This document shows positions 62,668-64,000 of a stretch of 64,000 nt of DNA, piece after piece. The stretch's first letter is position 1. The number at the start of each line of letters is the position of its first letter. The notes beneath the pieces were generated by a model that was not told the DNA's origin, searched no databases, and saw nothing but the letters and a program-made list of their open reading frames with translations. Made by a program: the position numbers and the translations under genes. This DNA comes from Owenia fusiformis (taxonomy: Eukaryota). The stretch covers positions 47,926,001 through 47,990,000 of the forward strand of contig CAIIXF020000001.1 in NCBI GenBank assembly GCA_903813345.2, given 5' to 3'.

Positions 62668-64000
62668 TAGAATGTACTTTAGCCACATTTAGCTATATCA
62701 GGTTCCGACAGGCATTACTGCTGATTATAGTTAATAAAGCAATCTCCTTCAACGTCATATCAAATACTATCTAATCATCATATACTATCATAATACTATC
62801 GAACTCATCAATTCTTAATTTTTATCAGCATTTTGAGATATTCCAATGAAATAATATTGTACACCCCTTCAATCGCCAAACAATGTCCAAAATACAAATT
62901 GTTACGGTTAAAGGGGGTCATACTCATTAATTCTGCAAAAATCATAATTTTTTGTTTGGCATACAACAGATGTATTTAATGTTAAAATGTCTTCCAATGT
63001 TGATTTGTCCTATTTTCATTAAAATGTAAGAAAACCCCCAATCTAAAAACCTATTAAATATACCCCATTGTAGTAACTACAACATGAAAGGTAAAGAAGG
63101 AAAAATAGACTTACCTAATCGAGATTAAATTCACTCCTAAATTATGAATTGCTGTAATTTTTAGTTTTTATCAACAAAACATCTTCAAGACCATCTCTTG
63201 GTTTCAATAACCTCTAAACAAACTATGAGGACATGCATGTGTATATTGTGTATATTAACCTGTGTAGTTCACTCCACTAATTCCCTTTCAAAAGTGAAAT
63301 TATTCCCACACTCACGTATTTTTACTTTTTCATAGTCCTTTTAAACCTCTGTATAATGTATGTGAAAGCATAAAAATGTATTCTGAATTTTACAACAACG
63401 ATTTTTCTAAGTTGATTTGAAGTGTTCTCTAGCGCAACAGGTGTCAATTGACCGAATGTCTCAATTGAAGCATCTCAAACCTGCTGATCGAATTGAACAG
63501 CTAAATATTATGCATCATCCTTGTTGCTTTATTTTTATGACTGTAATGCCCCACGGTCTTTAATTGTGCTTCATGGTTATCCGACTATGGAGGGAAGGTA
63601 GGTAATTTAACACCGAAGATGATGGGATTAAATACAGCAAATTACAGACAATAAAAATTGAAGCAGTGAATTATTTGAAGACTGTCATCGAATTTGAGAT
63701 TTGGTTAACTTTTTGTCAATATAGTGGCTTGGTTTGAAAAAAAGATTATCAACAAGTTATATTGCGATAATCACAATATGAAAAATGGGTCAGATCGAAA
63801 TCAGATCTGATCTGCGAGATTCGACAGCCAATGAAAATGTGAGATGGAAGTTGAATGGTCAGCTACGGAAACAAAGAAATCAAGTTGAAATAATAGTTTT
63901 TGCCCATTTGTTGCTATAATCGTAGTAAAATTAGACAGTAGACACGCCTAACCATCGATCGACAACGTACAGTGGCAAGATATACCGTCGTACACTTTAG

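Overview
AT-rich, intron- and transposon-dense animal DNA, most like a marine invertebrate; a lophotrochozoan origin is inferred from the gene and TE families, not proven. Most of the window (571-50072, minus strand) is one giant gene that I could splice by hand into 42 phase-compatible GT-AG coding exons (6213 nt, about 2070 aa). It encodes a type II transmembrane mosaic serine protease: TM-SEA-Thr-rich-MAM-MAM-LDLa-MAM-SRCR-SRCR-MAM-12xLDLa-SRCR-trypsin. The protease has a Phe rather than Arg activation site and ADSGGP rather than GDSGGP. Its catalytic-Ser exon sits alone between two 11-kb introns, next to a partial duplicate of itself. An intact, intronless 879-aa somatomedin-B/Cys-rich class-B/Methuselah-like GPCR gene, with its own TATA box, is nested on the same strand in intron 25. 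The long introns hold a 5'-truncated Naiad-type Penelope-like retroelement, a 1.34-kb near-perfect inverted duplication carrying divergent tRNA-like Pol III units, a 72-bp minisatellite and many MITEs. Upstream of the gene is a Ty3/gypsy-type element with gag and protease but no RT/RNaseH/integrase, followed by a PPT and a 1.9-kb repeat-filled LTR. All calls are by eye, without database searches.
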